From positions 12,400,001-12,464,000 of the forward strand of contig NW_027361863.1 in the NCBI RefSeq assembly GCF_039654945.1: DNA of 64,000 nucleotides, written 5' to 3'. The stretch comes from Dendrobates tinctorius (lineage: Eukaryota). Shown here in pieces: positions 12,700 through 25,339 of this stretch. Every line of letters starts with the position of its first letter. Position 1 is the first letter of the stretch. A program made the translations under genes and the position numbers. The notes below the pieces were generated by a model, which was not told where the DNA came from, ran no database searches, and worked only from the letters and a program-made list of their open reading frames with translations.

Positions 12700-14090
12700 T
12701 GGGTTTCCACTGTTTAGGTACATCAGGGACTCTGTAAATGCAATATGACGCCTGCAGACCATTCCATCAAAGTCTGCATTTCAGAACGTCACTACTTCCC
12801 TTCCGAGCCCCACCGTGTGCCCAAACAGTAGTTTTCTCCCACATATGGGGTACCAGCGTACTCAGGACAAATTGGACAACAACTCTTAGGATCCAATTTC
12901 TCCTGTTACCCTTGTGAAAATAAAAATTGGGGGCTAAAAGATCATTTTTGTGGAAAAAAAATGATTTTTTTATTTTCACGCCTCTACATTATAAACTTTA
13001 CTGAAACACTTGGGGGTTCAAAGTGCTCACCACACATCTAGATAAGTTCCTTGGGGGGTCTAGTTTCCAAAACGAGGTCACATGTGGGGGGTTTCCACTG
13101 TTTAGGTATATCAGGGGCTCTGCAAATGCGACATGACACCCGCAGACCATTCCATCAAAGTCTGCATTCCAGAACATCACTACTTCCCTTCTGAGCCCCG
13201 ACGTGTGCCCATACAGTAGTTTTCTCCCACATATGGGGTACCAACGTACTCAGGACAAATTGGACAACAACTTTTAGGGTCCAATTTCTCCTGTTACCCT
13301 TGGGAAAATAAAAACTGGAGGCTAAAAGATCATGTTTGTGGAAAAAAAATGATTTTTTTTATTTTCACGGCTCTACATTATAAACTTTAGTGAAACTCTT
13401 GGGGGTTCAAAGTGCTCACCACACATCTAGATAAGTTCCTTGGGGGGTCTAGTTTCCAAAACGAGGTCACATGTGGGGGGTTTCCACTGTTTAGGTACAT
13501 CAGGGCTCTGCAAACGCGACATGACACCCGCAGACCATTCCATCAAAGTCTGCATTCCAGAACATCACTACTTCCCTTCCGAGCCCCGACGTGTGCCCAA
13601 ACAGTAGTTTTCTTCCACATATGGGGTACCAGTGTACTCAGAACAAATTGGACAACAACTATTGGGGTCCAATTTCTCCTGTTACCCTTGTGAAAATAAG
13701 AAATTGGGGGCTAAAAGATCATGTTATGGAAAAAAAATGATTTTTTATTTTCATGGCTCTACGTTATAAACTTCTGTGAAGCACTTGGGGGTTCAAAGTG
13801 TTCACGACACATCTAGATAAGTTCTTTAAGGGGTCTAGTTTCCAAAATGGGGTCACTTGTGGGGGATTTCCACTGTTTAGGTACATCAAGGGCTCTCCAA
13901 ATGCGACATGGCATCCGATCTCAATTCCAGCCAATTCTGCATTGAAAAAGTCAAACGGCACTCCTTCCATTCTGAGCTCTGCCGTGTGCTCAAACAGTGG
14001 TTTAGCCCCACATACGGGGTATCAGCGTATTCGGGAGAAATTGCACAAAAAATTTTGTGGTTCATTTTCTCTTTTTACACTTGTGAAAAA
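12700..14090 (+). repeat. ~388-bp internal tandem repeat, about 3.5 copies
   Basis: TTTCCACTGTTTAGGTA recurs at about 12703, 13092, 13481 and 13868. Confidence 0.9.
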
Positions 14091-15184
14091 AAAAAATGGT
14101 TTTGAAGTAAAATGTTTGTGAAAAAAAGTTAAATGTTTATTTTTTCCTTCCATATTCCATTCATTCATGTGAAGCACCTGAAGGGTTAATAAACTTCTTG
14201 AATGTGGTTTTGAGTACATTGAGAGGTGCAGTTTTTAGAATGGTGTCACTTTTGGGTATTTTCTGTCATATTGACCCCCCAAACTCACTTCAAATGTGAG
14301 GTGGTCCCTAAAAAAAATGGTGTTGCAAATGTTGTTGTAAAAATGAGAAATCGCTGGTCAACTTTTAACCCTTATAACTTCCTAAAAAAAAAAATTATGT
14401 TTCCAAAATTGTGCAGATGTAAAGTAGACATGTGGGAAATGTTATTTATTAACTATTTTGTGCGATATCACTCTCTGATTTAAGGGCATAAAAATTAAAA
14501 GTTTGAAAATTGCAAAATTTTCTAAATTTTCGCCAAATTTTGATTTTTTTTTAACAAATAAGCGCAGATCATATCTAAAAAATTTTACCACCATCATGAA
14601 GTACAATATGTCGTGAGAAAACAATGTCAGAATCAGTAGGATTCGTTGAAGCGTTCTAGAGTTATGACCTCATAAAGTGACACTGGTCAGAATTGAAAAA
14701 ATTGGCCCGGTCACGCAGGCAAAAACAGGCTCGGGTGCGAAGGGGTTAAAGGGCTGATATCGACTTTTAGGATTGCTACTTCCAATAGGTGACATCAGAC
14801 TTCAAGTCATCTTCCTCTCTGGTGAGACAATTTGCATATGGAATGAGGTTATATACATTTTCCATGAGCATGTCTCATTTTCCATACACTCCATGCCCTT
14901 TATTTCCCATTACCTTCACACTGTATACTGTGTTTAATAACTGTACTAATGCCAGAGAATCTGAGTTTCATATGCAAGAGTCCGTCTGGAACAAAGCTAC
15001 TCTCCTTGAGGATTTTGTGGCACCTGAGAAATTTGAGAACATTTCCCGGTGTCTGGAGATTCTGGAAAAGTTGGCAAGTATATCTTTAAACATACAGTAA
15101 ACAATAACTGATACATTGGAAACACATAAAGAAGTATTATCCCTGAGCCGAAGCTCTGTCACCGGGATCAGAGCAGCTCCACAG

Positions 15185-15900
15185 AGATATATTATGATCC
15201 TACAAAAGAATAGGGCGCAAAATAGCCTTCAAAACTACAAAGTGTAAGTTAAGTGAGATAAGACAATGTCATTAATGAAATACAGAAATCTTTATTAATC
15301 CACTCACTTACATAAATAGTGCCGGCATTTAGCCCTAATTGTAACAAACAAGACGAGTGTTTAAAAATAGGGAATATTTAGAATTGAGAGTCCTCAGTGG
15401 TTGATCCCTTTTAATGGCTAACTGAAAAGATAGTAACACATTGCAAGCTTTCGAGACTACTCAAGTCTCTTCATCAGGCTAGACTAATTAAAAATAGGGA
15501 GGGGAATGACCTGGCGTCACTACACACAAGGTGCCTCCAAATGATGCAACGATACAGGCAGAACTAAGACTGAGCGAAAAATGCTATAAATATGTAATTA
15601 ACTCTCTGGAAAAAAGGTTTTCGTACAGAGAGAAAAAGTATCCACAAATGTTTCTACCCAAGTCCTAAAAAATTATGACCAAGTGGTGTTTACCCATTCT
15701 CAATTGTACAATGGGATCATAAAGATGCTGCTAACATTGTATGAAGTACTAAGGTGCTTACCCATGTGGGAAGGAGGTATCGAGTAGGAGGTGCACACCA
15801 TAACCCCGACGCGCGTTTTGTGTGGCTAGCTTCCTCGGAGGGCTTTGTAGTTTTGAGGGCTATTTTGCTCCCTCTTCTTTTGTAGGATCATAATACATCT
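15185..15900 (-). mobile_element. Small element bounded by ~55-bp inverted repeats, carrying a decayed hammerhead-like motif (Penelope-like/retrozyme-like)
   Basis: 15191-15242 is the near reverse complement of 15843-15894; the HHR-like motif at 15803-15842 sits just inside the right arm. Confidence 0.55.
15441..15480 (-). ncRNA. Minimal type I hammerhead ribozyme motif in a 114-nt insert (15374-15487)
   Basis: Minus strand reads gc-CUGAUGA-A-GAGAC-uugagua-GUCUC-GAAA-GC-UU-gc: intact core boxes, 5-bp stem II, palindromic AGCU stem III. Insert flanked by the direct repeat TTAAAAATAGGGA (15361-15373, 15488-15500). Confidence 0.7.
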
Positions 15901-16518
15901 TTAAAAATAGTTGCCAACTGTCTCAGATTTACTGTGACATCTAGGCTGAAAGGAATGGGGTTTATGCAAACTCCATCCAAAAGTGGGCTTTCTGGGGTGT
16001 GATAGGGGCATTAGTGGGATATGTGAGGGTGTAAGCAAGGGAGGGATTGGGGGTAAAATTTAAACACTCCAAAACTGACATAAGCATGGTGCATGTGGTC
16101 AAGTAGTAGAGAAATGATATATGGTAGATAGTGGATCCTCCCAGGGGTCATTAGGATGAAGCCCAATGCATAGGCCCACAATAAGATAGAAAGTAGACTT
16201 CACTTATCACAACAGTCTTATCTGAGCTCTGATTGGCTGCTACGGGCAACAATGACAGTTTTTGCTTTTCATTTTACCCGAGCTGTTTAAATATATCTGC
16301 AGAGTTCTGATTGGTTGCTATGGGCAACAATGACAGTTTGTCTTCTAAACAGATTGTTAAGCTCGCCGTCTCCTCGGTGACTTTGTTCTTTGCCGTTATC
16401 CAGCATTCACTCCTCAGACATTTCGACAGGATGAGATGTCCTCACATATTTCTCCTTTAATAAATGTCTGTTTTTCCTCTCTTTTTTTTTGCTTCGTTCT
16501 CTCCTTTGATGTCTACAG

Positions 16519-16542
16519 CATAGCATTCTCGGGTTATAGTTT
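16519..16542 (+). other. Candidate 24-nt microexon (xC-IAFSGYS-TT in its only stop-free frame)
   Basis: About 45-nt polypyrimidine tract ending CTACAG, then 24 nt, then GTAAGC; non-repetitive flanks. No expression evidence and host gene unknown. Confidence 0.45.
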
Positions 16543-17283
16543 GTAAGCTGCTTTTTTTTTAAGGTCTTCTTCCCTATCCCTCATAAATATAAAATCTGTT
16601 CCATGACACCTCACAGAGAAGCTGGCAAAGGTCTAAGTCAGAAACCAATATTTACATCACCTAATATTCTGAGTGTATTTTATGTCGGAGCAGCGGAGGG
16701 GACTAATGCAGATTTGGCAGCGAGAATCATGGCTGATTTGAGATACCAGCTGTGATGCTGGCGGGGCCCTCCGAATATAATCTAAACTGTCAGGGGAAAA
16801 GAACGTTCACACGTATAAAGGCTGGCATCCAGAATAATTGAATTATTTATGTTTCTTTTCTTCTCCACGTTACGTTACCTGACTGACGCGTAGAAGGACA
16901 GATTCTGCCGAAAGTGGTTCGCAACCAGGCTTTAAATAAAATTAAATATTTAGTGTAGGGTACCACGTTCAGAAGCGACCGGGAGGCATGATAGGAAGCG
17001 TCTGGCGTAACACGCTCTATATATTCCAGGTGTCATAATGTGGCGACCGGAGGCTAAACGTGGACTGTCAGTGTAAAGAAAGGATGTGGAAAGTGAATTA
17101 TGGACGGGGCTGGAACAAAGTGTGAAACAAGTGGGAATGGAAAAAGTAAAATGCATTTTAGGTGATTCGCACAAAACTGATCGCAAATCGCTCCTAAAAA
17201 TTCTATAAGAATTCAATACGCACATCGAGTGGGTATGAAGTGTGTGACTCTATAAAGTCTTAAATTAAAAAAATCATACAGTA

Positions 17284-17805
17284 TGTCACGGGGTCCTTCT
17301 CTGGTATCACACAATCAACAGAGCAAGCGAAGAGTGAACAATTCCAAAACCTCTATTCAGGCAAAAATACGAAAAGGTACATATTCAGTCCACCACACAA
17401 AGGATAAGATAGTCCAGAATAAGAATGCAGTCCAGTATCAGGATAAAATGTCCAGGGAAACGAGATTCCAAAACTCTAGCACCAAGGATAAAATGGGTCC
17501 TTCTCTCTGAAATGCAGTCTTTACACGATCCTGTCCACTCCGGAACTGCCTTGTCCAGCTGCTGTTCTTCCCCCCACCCCCTTCCTTGTCCAGGGGTAGT
17601 CAAACCAGTTGGGGCGGTTTCCCGACCTCCCAGAGGAGAACAAAGGGCCTTAGAGATTAATGCACTACAGGGGGTCATCAAGAGACAGATACAGTGAGGC
17701 TGTAGACTTACAATGTAATAAGAAAAGCACTATGAAAATAACTGGAATTGTTAAAAATAGGAATATGCAAAAAATGATATCCACATAACATATCACACCA
17801 TCACA
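17284..17805. mobile_element. Solo LTR
   Basis: TGTCACG...ATCACA termini with a perfect 5-bp TSD CAGTA (17279-17283, 17806-17810). Confidence 0.8.
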
Positions 17806-18624
17806 CAGTATAACTGATTTTTCTTTTTATGGGGTCGACTATTTTTCCCACATCTTTGTCCTATCTGCACAAAGTTCGTCTCACAATAAGGCGCACTCGC
17901 CATCTGATCTCTTGGTCCTTGTACTCGACTTACATTAAATCTGCAGCGTTCATTTGCTTTGCGTGTCTCATGAAAGAGTCTCGTTTTCTCTAAACACCGC
18001 CTGCTTAATTAGCTACTGACAGAACATTACAAACAAGCGAGATTACAGACGCTGCCTACTAATTACTATGTAAATTGGTAAATACATTATTTTTTTTACT
18101 CTCAATTAATTTCTTAATAATTATGTCTTTTTGAACAAACTTACGATGCACGAGTGCAAATTAATCATTTTGATGGGAAAATCGAAGTCCTTACTGAGGG
18201 AAAACGTTCTTTATAGAGGTAGAAGTCAACTACATCAACATTCTGATGCATCTACCCCATTAACCCGCGTTAAAGGGAGTGGATTCTTGCTTTAACCGTT
18301 AGCAAACCTGGAATCAGCTGGTTGGTTAATAATTATGTGCATTTTCTAAATTGGTAGCGGACATTTTTAGTGAAATAATATCACTGAAAGCAATGAGACT
18401 GAAAGCATGAAGCATCATATGACATCACAGGATGACATCACATGTATAACATGACGAACTTCACATGATATTAATTATGTTCTTCCAATGCTACATGGTT
18501 CAAAAATGAAGCTCATGCCCCAGGGCGATGGACAGGGGACAGCATGGGTGCTTTGTCTAGTCGGGAGATAAACAGTAAACTCCACATGGTCTGATATGCT
18601 TCTAACATAGCTGGGTATATACTA

Positions 18625-20905
18625 GCTATAATACCGGGAGCACTCTACAAGACCTGCCATATACTGGGAACACCACTCAATACCTGCCAAATACCGAGAA
18701 CACCACTCAATACCGGCCATATACTGGGAATACCCTGCAAGACCTGTTGTATACCAGGGACACCCCACAAGACTTGATATACACTGGTAACCCTTCACAA
18801 GACCTGCCACATACTGGGAACACCCTGCAAGTCCTGTTGTATACCATGAATTCCTCACAAGACCTGTCATATACTGAGAACACTCCACAAGACCCGCTGT
18901 ATAAAGGGAACACTCCACAAGACCTGCCATATATTAGGAAAACTGTACAAGACCTGCCATATACCGGGAACACCAGACACCACTTGTCACATACCAGAAA
19001 AGCTCAACAAGTGCTGCCTCTAACAAGGAACACCCCACAAGACTTGCGGTATACCTTGAATGCTTCACAAGATCTTCCATATACCAGGAACACCACATGA
19101 GACCTGCCATATACTATGAACACCCCACAAGACCTGCCATATAGAGGGAACACCCCACAAGACCTGTCGTATACCAGGAACACCCCACAATACCTGCCAC
19201 ATACAAGGAACACACAAGACTTGCCATATACAGGGAACACCCCACAAGACCTGCCGTATAGAGCGAACACCCCACAAGACCTGCCATGTAACGGGAACAC
19301 CCCAAAGTCCTGCCATATAGAGGGAACACCCCACTAGACCTGCCATATACAGGAAACAACCCACTAAACCTGCCATATAGAGGGAACACACCACAAGACC
19401 TGTCGTATACCAGGAACACCCCACAATACCTGCCACATACAAGGAACACACAAGACTTGCCATATACTGGGAACACCCCACAAGACCTGCCATATACCGG
19501 GAACACCCCACCAGACCTGCCATATACAGGGAACACCCCACAAGACCTGCCATATACTGGGAATACCCCCACAAGACCTGCCATATACAGGGAACACCCC
19601 ACAAGACCTGTTGTATAGAGGGAGCACCATAAGACTTGCCATATACAGGAAACAACCCACGTAGGCTGGTTTCACAATTGCGTTTAGGCCGCAGCGTCGG
19701 CCTGCGCACGGCCACCGCTAAGCCCCGCCCCCTGCCGCGCCTCCGCCGGTAGCTCTGCCTCCTGGCGCATGACGCTGCATGCATCATGAGTCCCCTATCT
19801 TTATCACCTTTTGACGGTGCGCCGAGCGCAACCAAATTGCAACAGGTTGCGTTTGGCGCTGGTCGGCGAACTGTCAAAAGGACGCAGGCGCCGCCAAAAC
19901 GCATACTGCGCACGGCCTGCGCCCCCAGTGATAAAGATAGGGGACGCAGGACACATGCAGTGTCATGCGCCCGGAGGCGGAGCTACCAGCGGAGGCGTGG
20001 CAGGGGTGGGGCTTAGTGGCGGCCGTGCGCAGGCCGATGCTGCGGCTTTAAACGCAGATGTGAAACCGGCCTAAACCTGCCAAATACCGGGAACACCCCC
20101 CCAGACCTGCCGTATACTGGGAACACCCCACCAGACCTGCCATATACAGGGAACACCCCACAAGACCTGCCATATACTGGGAATGCCCCACAAGACCTGC
20201 CATATACAGGGAACACCCCACAAGACCTGTTGTATAGAGGGAGCACCATAAGACTTGCCATATACAGGAAACAACCCACAAAACCTGCCGTATACCGGGA
20301 ACACCCCACCAGACCTGCCGTATACTGGGAACACCCCAAAAAACCTGCATTATATCGAGAACACCCAAGACCTGTCAAATGGAAGGAACATCCCACAAGA
20401 CCTGCTATATACCAGGGACATCCCCCAAGGACTGCTGTATACCGAATACACCCTACAAGACCTGACATACGCCGGGAACATCCCACAAGACCTACTGTAT
20501 ACTGGGAACACCCCACAAGACCTGCCGTACACCAGGAACACCCCACAAGACCTGCCGTACACCGGGAACACCCCACAAGACCTGCCGTATACCGGGAACA
20601 CCAAACAAAACCTGCCATAGCCGGGAACATCCCACAAGATCTGCTATATACCAGGGACACCCTACAAGGACTGCTGTATAGCGAGTACACCCCACAAGAC
20701 CTGCCGTATAAAGAGAATATCCCACAAGACCTGCCGTACACCAGGAACACCCCACAAGACCTGCCATATACAAGGAACACACCACAAGACCTGCCGTATA
20801 CAAGGAACACCCCACAAAACCTGCAATATACCGGGAACACCCCACAAAACCTGCAATATACCGGGAACACCCCACAAAACCTGCAATATACCAGGAAGAA
20901 TCCAC
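18625..20905 (+). repeat. ~31-bp minisatellite (CAAGACCTGCCATATACCGGGAACACCCCA-like), interrupted by a MITE
   Basis: Tandem degenerate units; source of the TGNTPQDLPY / GRSCGVFPVY ORFs. Confidence 0.95.
19664..20071. mobile_element. PIF/Harbinger-like palindromic MITE
   Basis: TIRs GGCTGGTTTCACA / TGTGAAACCGGCC followed by TAA; arms complementary over about 150 bp; inserted in the 31-mer array. Confidence 0.8.
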
Positions 20906-21922
20906 AGACTATAATCAATAACATATGTGAATGACATCACACATTATTTGTGAGGCTGACTTTGATGTGTGACACATCTGACATCCTTGACACTGAGTTA
21001 CATCCTGTATTATACAGAATGAACATTGCATTATTGGTGTAACACTCCCTGAAAAATCCATTTAACAACCCAATATTCTCTCCATATTGTCCCAGCCTGA
21101 ATCATTAAGTCAACTCATCGGCGAAAAGATTTCTATTGAATCGATTCTCCCCCTACAAAATTCATAAGATTCCTGCACCGGGCGGAGAATCTCCTTATAT
21201 CCAGAGTACACGGAGAACATCACAGCCGTCCTATTGTCACATCCTATGGATTATACATGCACATTCAGAGGCGGCCGCTCACATTGGAAGAAATTGGGCG
21301 TTTTGATGTAAAGAGATTTATTTTTAGTGCCTGTCTCCAGGGGCGGTGACAGCTCCGTGCAGTACACAAGTACCTTTAATACAGAGTATTATTCACAATT
21401 ACAGGGAAATCCATTTTGATTATTGGGGTCTCAGGTATTACAAATGTCTCATGATCATGGCAACCAATCTGACTCTCCCAAAATATCCTGAAGGCTCCCG
21501 GAAAAACAGGAGCCTTCTTGGAGGAGAGCTCTCAAGAGTTGCTAAAATCTCCCCGAAAACTACCCACAAAACAAATCTTCAGGGAGTTTTACTATCAGTG
21601 ACATTGAGATTCTTCTTCATTTAACGCCCAAGCATAAAGCACATTAAATTGGTGGGGAAAGAGGTATGGAAATGAGGGAGGTCTGTAAAAAGGGGGTGCA
21701 GTTTTGCAATGATCTGTCACACTACACTGCAAATTTTCCTGCACACAATTTTCCAAAAAGTTGGCAAGTATGACCCAAGCCCCTATTACATAGGAGCTAC
21801 TAAAGGCCACCAGCATATTATGGTCTAACAATATGGCACCTATAGAAATCTGTGAAATCTGTACTCTCCAGGATAACACTGGGCACATGGCGCGCCTCAT
21901 CAGATGCCAAATTATGGAACTA

Positions 21923-22163
21923 AGAAGAAACAATGGAGAAATGAGGAAGATGCCAGTAGATGAAACCAGGAGACCAAGGATAATTCTATGCGGTTTATTG
22001 TCAACGCATTTCAAAGTTAACAATCTTCTTTAATAGAAAAAACTCAAATCAAATGGTTTGTCCTGATGGAGAAGTTTAACTTTGACAATAAATAGCATTG
22101 AAATATCCTTAGTCTCCTGGTTTCATCTACTGGCATCTTCCCCATCTCTCCATTTTTTCTTCT
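21923..22163. mobile_element. Small inverted-repeat element with decayed hammerhead-like remnants (Penelope-like)
   Basis: 21923-21982 is the reverse complement of 22104-22163; inner TTTATTGTCAA/TTGACAATAAA; minus-strand AACTTTGAAATGCGTTGAC matches 40747-40765. Confidence 0.5.
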
Positions 22164-22385
22164 CAGGTCAGCAGCAGCCGACATTTTCAAGGTGTTTGAG
22201 TTGTGAGCAATTCCCATCACCCTGATCCCCCTTATACACCGGATAAGACCCTATTGTGCTATTGCTTTTCCAGCTTTTCTTAGCAAATTATGAAAGTATT
22301 CTCTCATAGAGGTTTTTATTATAACCAAATGTATGCACAGAGAGTCCCCAAGAGACCCATGATAGGGACTAATTCTGCTAATCTA

Positions 22386-23932
<1,547 letters not shown>

Positions 23933-24460
23933 GGCAGAATAGTGAGTGCAGCTCTGGGTTATAATACAGGATGTAACTCAGGATCAGTAATGTAATGTAT
24001 GTACACAGTGACTGCACCAGCAGAATAGTGAGTGCAGCTCTGGAGTATAATACAGGATGTAACTCAGGATCAGTAATGTAATGTATGTACACAGTAACTG
24101 CACCAGCAGAATAGTGAGTGCAGCTCTGGAGTATAATACAGGATGTAACTCAGGATCAGTAATGTAATGTATGTACACAGTGACTGCACCAGCAGAATAG
24201 TGAGTGCAGCTCTGGTTGATAATACAGGATGTAAATCAGGATCAGTAATGCAATGTATGTATACAGTGACTGCACCAGCAGAATAGTGAGTGCAGCTCTG
24301 GGGTATAATACAGGATGTAACTCAGGATCAGTAATGTAATGTATGTATACAGTGACTGAACCAGCAGAATAATGAGTGCAGCTCTGGAGTATAATACAGG
24401 ATGTAACTCACGTTGAGTACCTGATAAGTAATGTGATGTATTTACACAGTGACTCTGCCA
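23933..24460 (+). repeat. 86-bp tandem repeat, about 6 copies
   Basis: GCAGAATAGTGAGTGCAGCTCTGG recurs at 23934, 24020, 24106 and onwards; a diverged monomer lies near 28136-28220. Confidence 0.95.
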
Positions 24461-25339
24461 TAGATGTAATTGTAAAACTATATAGACATCTCATAATAAA
24501 CATTGAAGCATTGCTTTATCATGGACTGAAGGGAAAGAAAAGGATAGCACTTTATTAACCTCTTCATGACCTCGGTGGAGAAGAATGTTGACGGCGACAG
24601 ATTTATGGCCCTTTGTCACAGAATGGCAAACAGACTGCTGTGAGCTCCTTTATTCCTATTCCAAATTATGAATATTGGTTTTTTTATGAACAGCAAGGGT
24701 CCTACAGTTATGGCAGGCATATTTCCAACGTTGTGGCAAAGTTGTGAAAGTAACACATTCTTCACTTACATCACTGGGTGGTCACCAGATCAGTCCAAAA
24801 TTAGAATCTGACACATGGATGACAATATATATGCCATGTTTCCTATCTATGGAAAGCTAAAATCAAATGAGGAAATATGACATTAACATCTCCCGCCTGG
24901 GACCTCCAGGGGTGAAAATATCCAGAAAATTGAGATCTTTTAATTTTTGGAACTCCAGCCACATCCCAAGACCAGTCCCCCATATGAGCTCACCAAGGAG
25001 AGGTACATGGGCATGGTTTTTATCCAATAAAAGCAGATTTTGAGCTTTTGCCATTGTCAGTCCAGGAAGACACAGTTCGCTTTGGTACTGTACCATTCCC
25101 CTAAAAAGAGTGCTTTCCTCCACTACTATTTCCATGACACAGGTTTAGTCCTTTTTTTGTAATTCCTTTTTATGTTATGTGATTTTATATACCATATTGT
25201 TTTGTCCATTTTGTTACATCTTTGTATATCTTTATAAACAGTGCCTACTTTTTGGATTATATAGAAATACAGTACATATAGCTTCAGGGGTGCGGTTTAT
25301 AGAGCAAGAGGAACAGAGCTTTGAAAAATTATATATATT

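Larger units (their letters stand above)
11938..14745. mobile_element. Non-autonomous TTAA-targeting DNA transposon (piggyBac-like) with internal tandem repeats
   Basis: TTAA at 11934-11937 and 14746-14749; termini CCGCTTC.../...GAAGGGG; internal ~388-bp tandem repeats; no transposase ORF. Confidence 0.75.

Noticed and set aside
14789-15100. 103-aa ORF with plausible composition
   Set aside because: No recognisable domain or convincing splice sites; it starts in a MITE-like end.
16950-17225. Minus-strand exon candidate after ...CTTTACACTGACAG
   Set aside because: Frames close or give unrecognisable peptides, and no partner exon supports it.
18622-20940. Multiple ORFs, and a possible CRISPR-like array
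   Set aside because: Head-to-tail 31-bp minisatellite without unique spacers; eukaryotic context and no cas genes.
23933-24460. 86-bp array as CRISPR or tRNA cluster
   Set aside because: Units are near-identical over their whole length; no spacers or cloverleaf.
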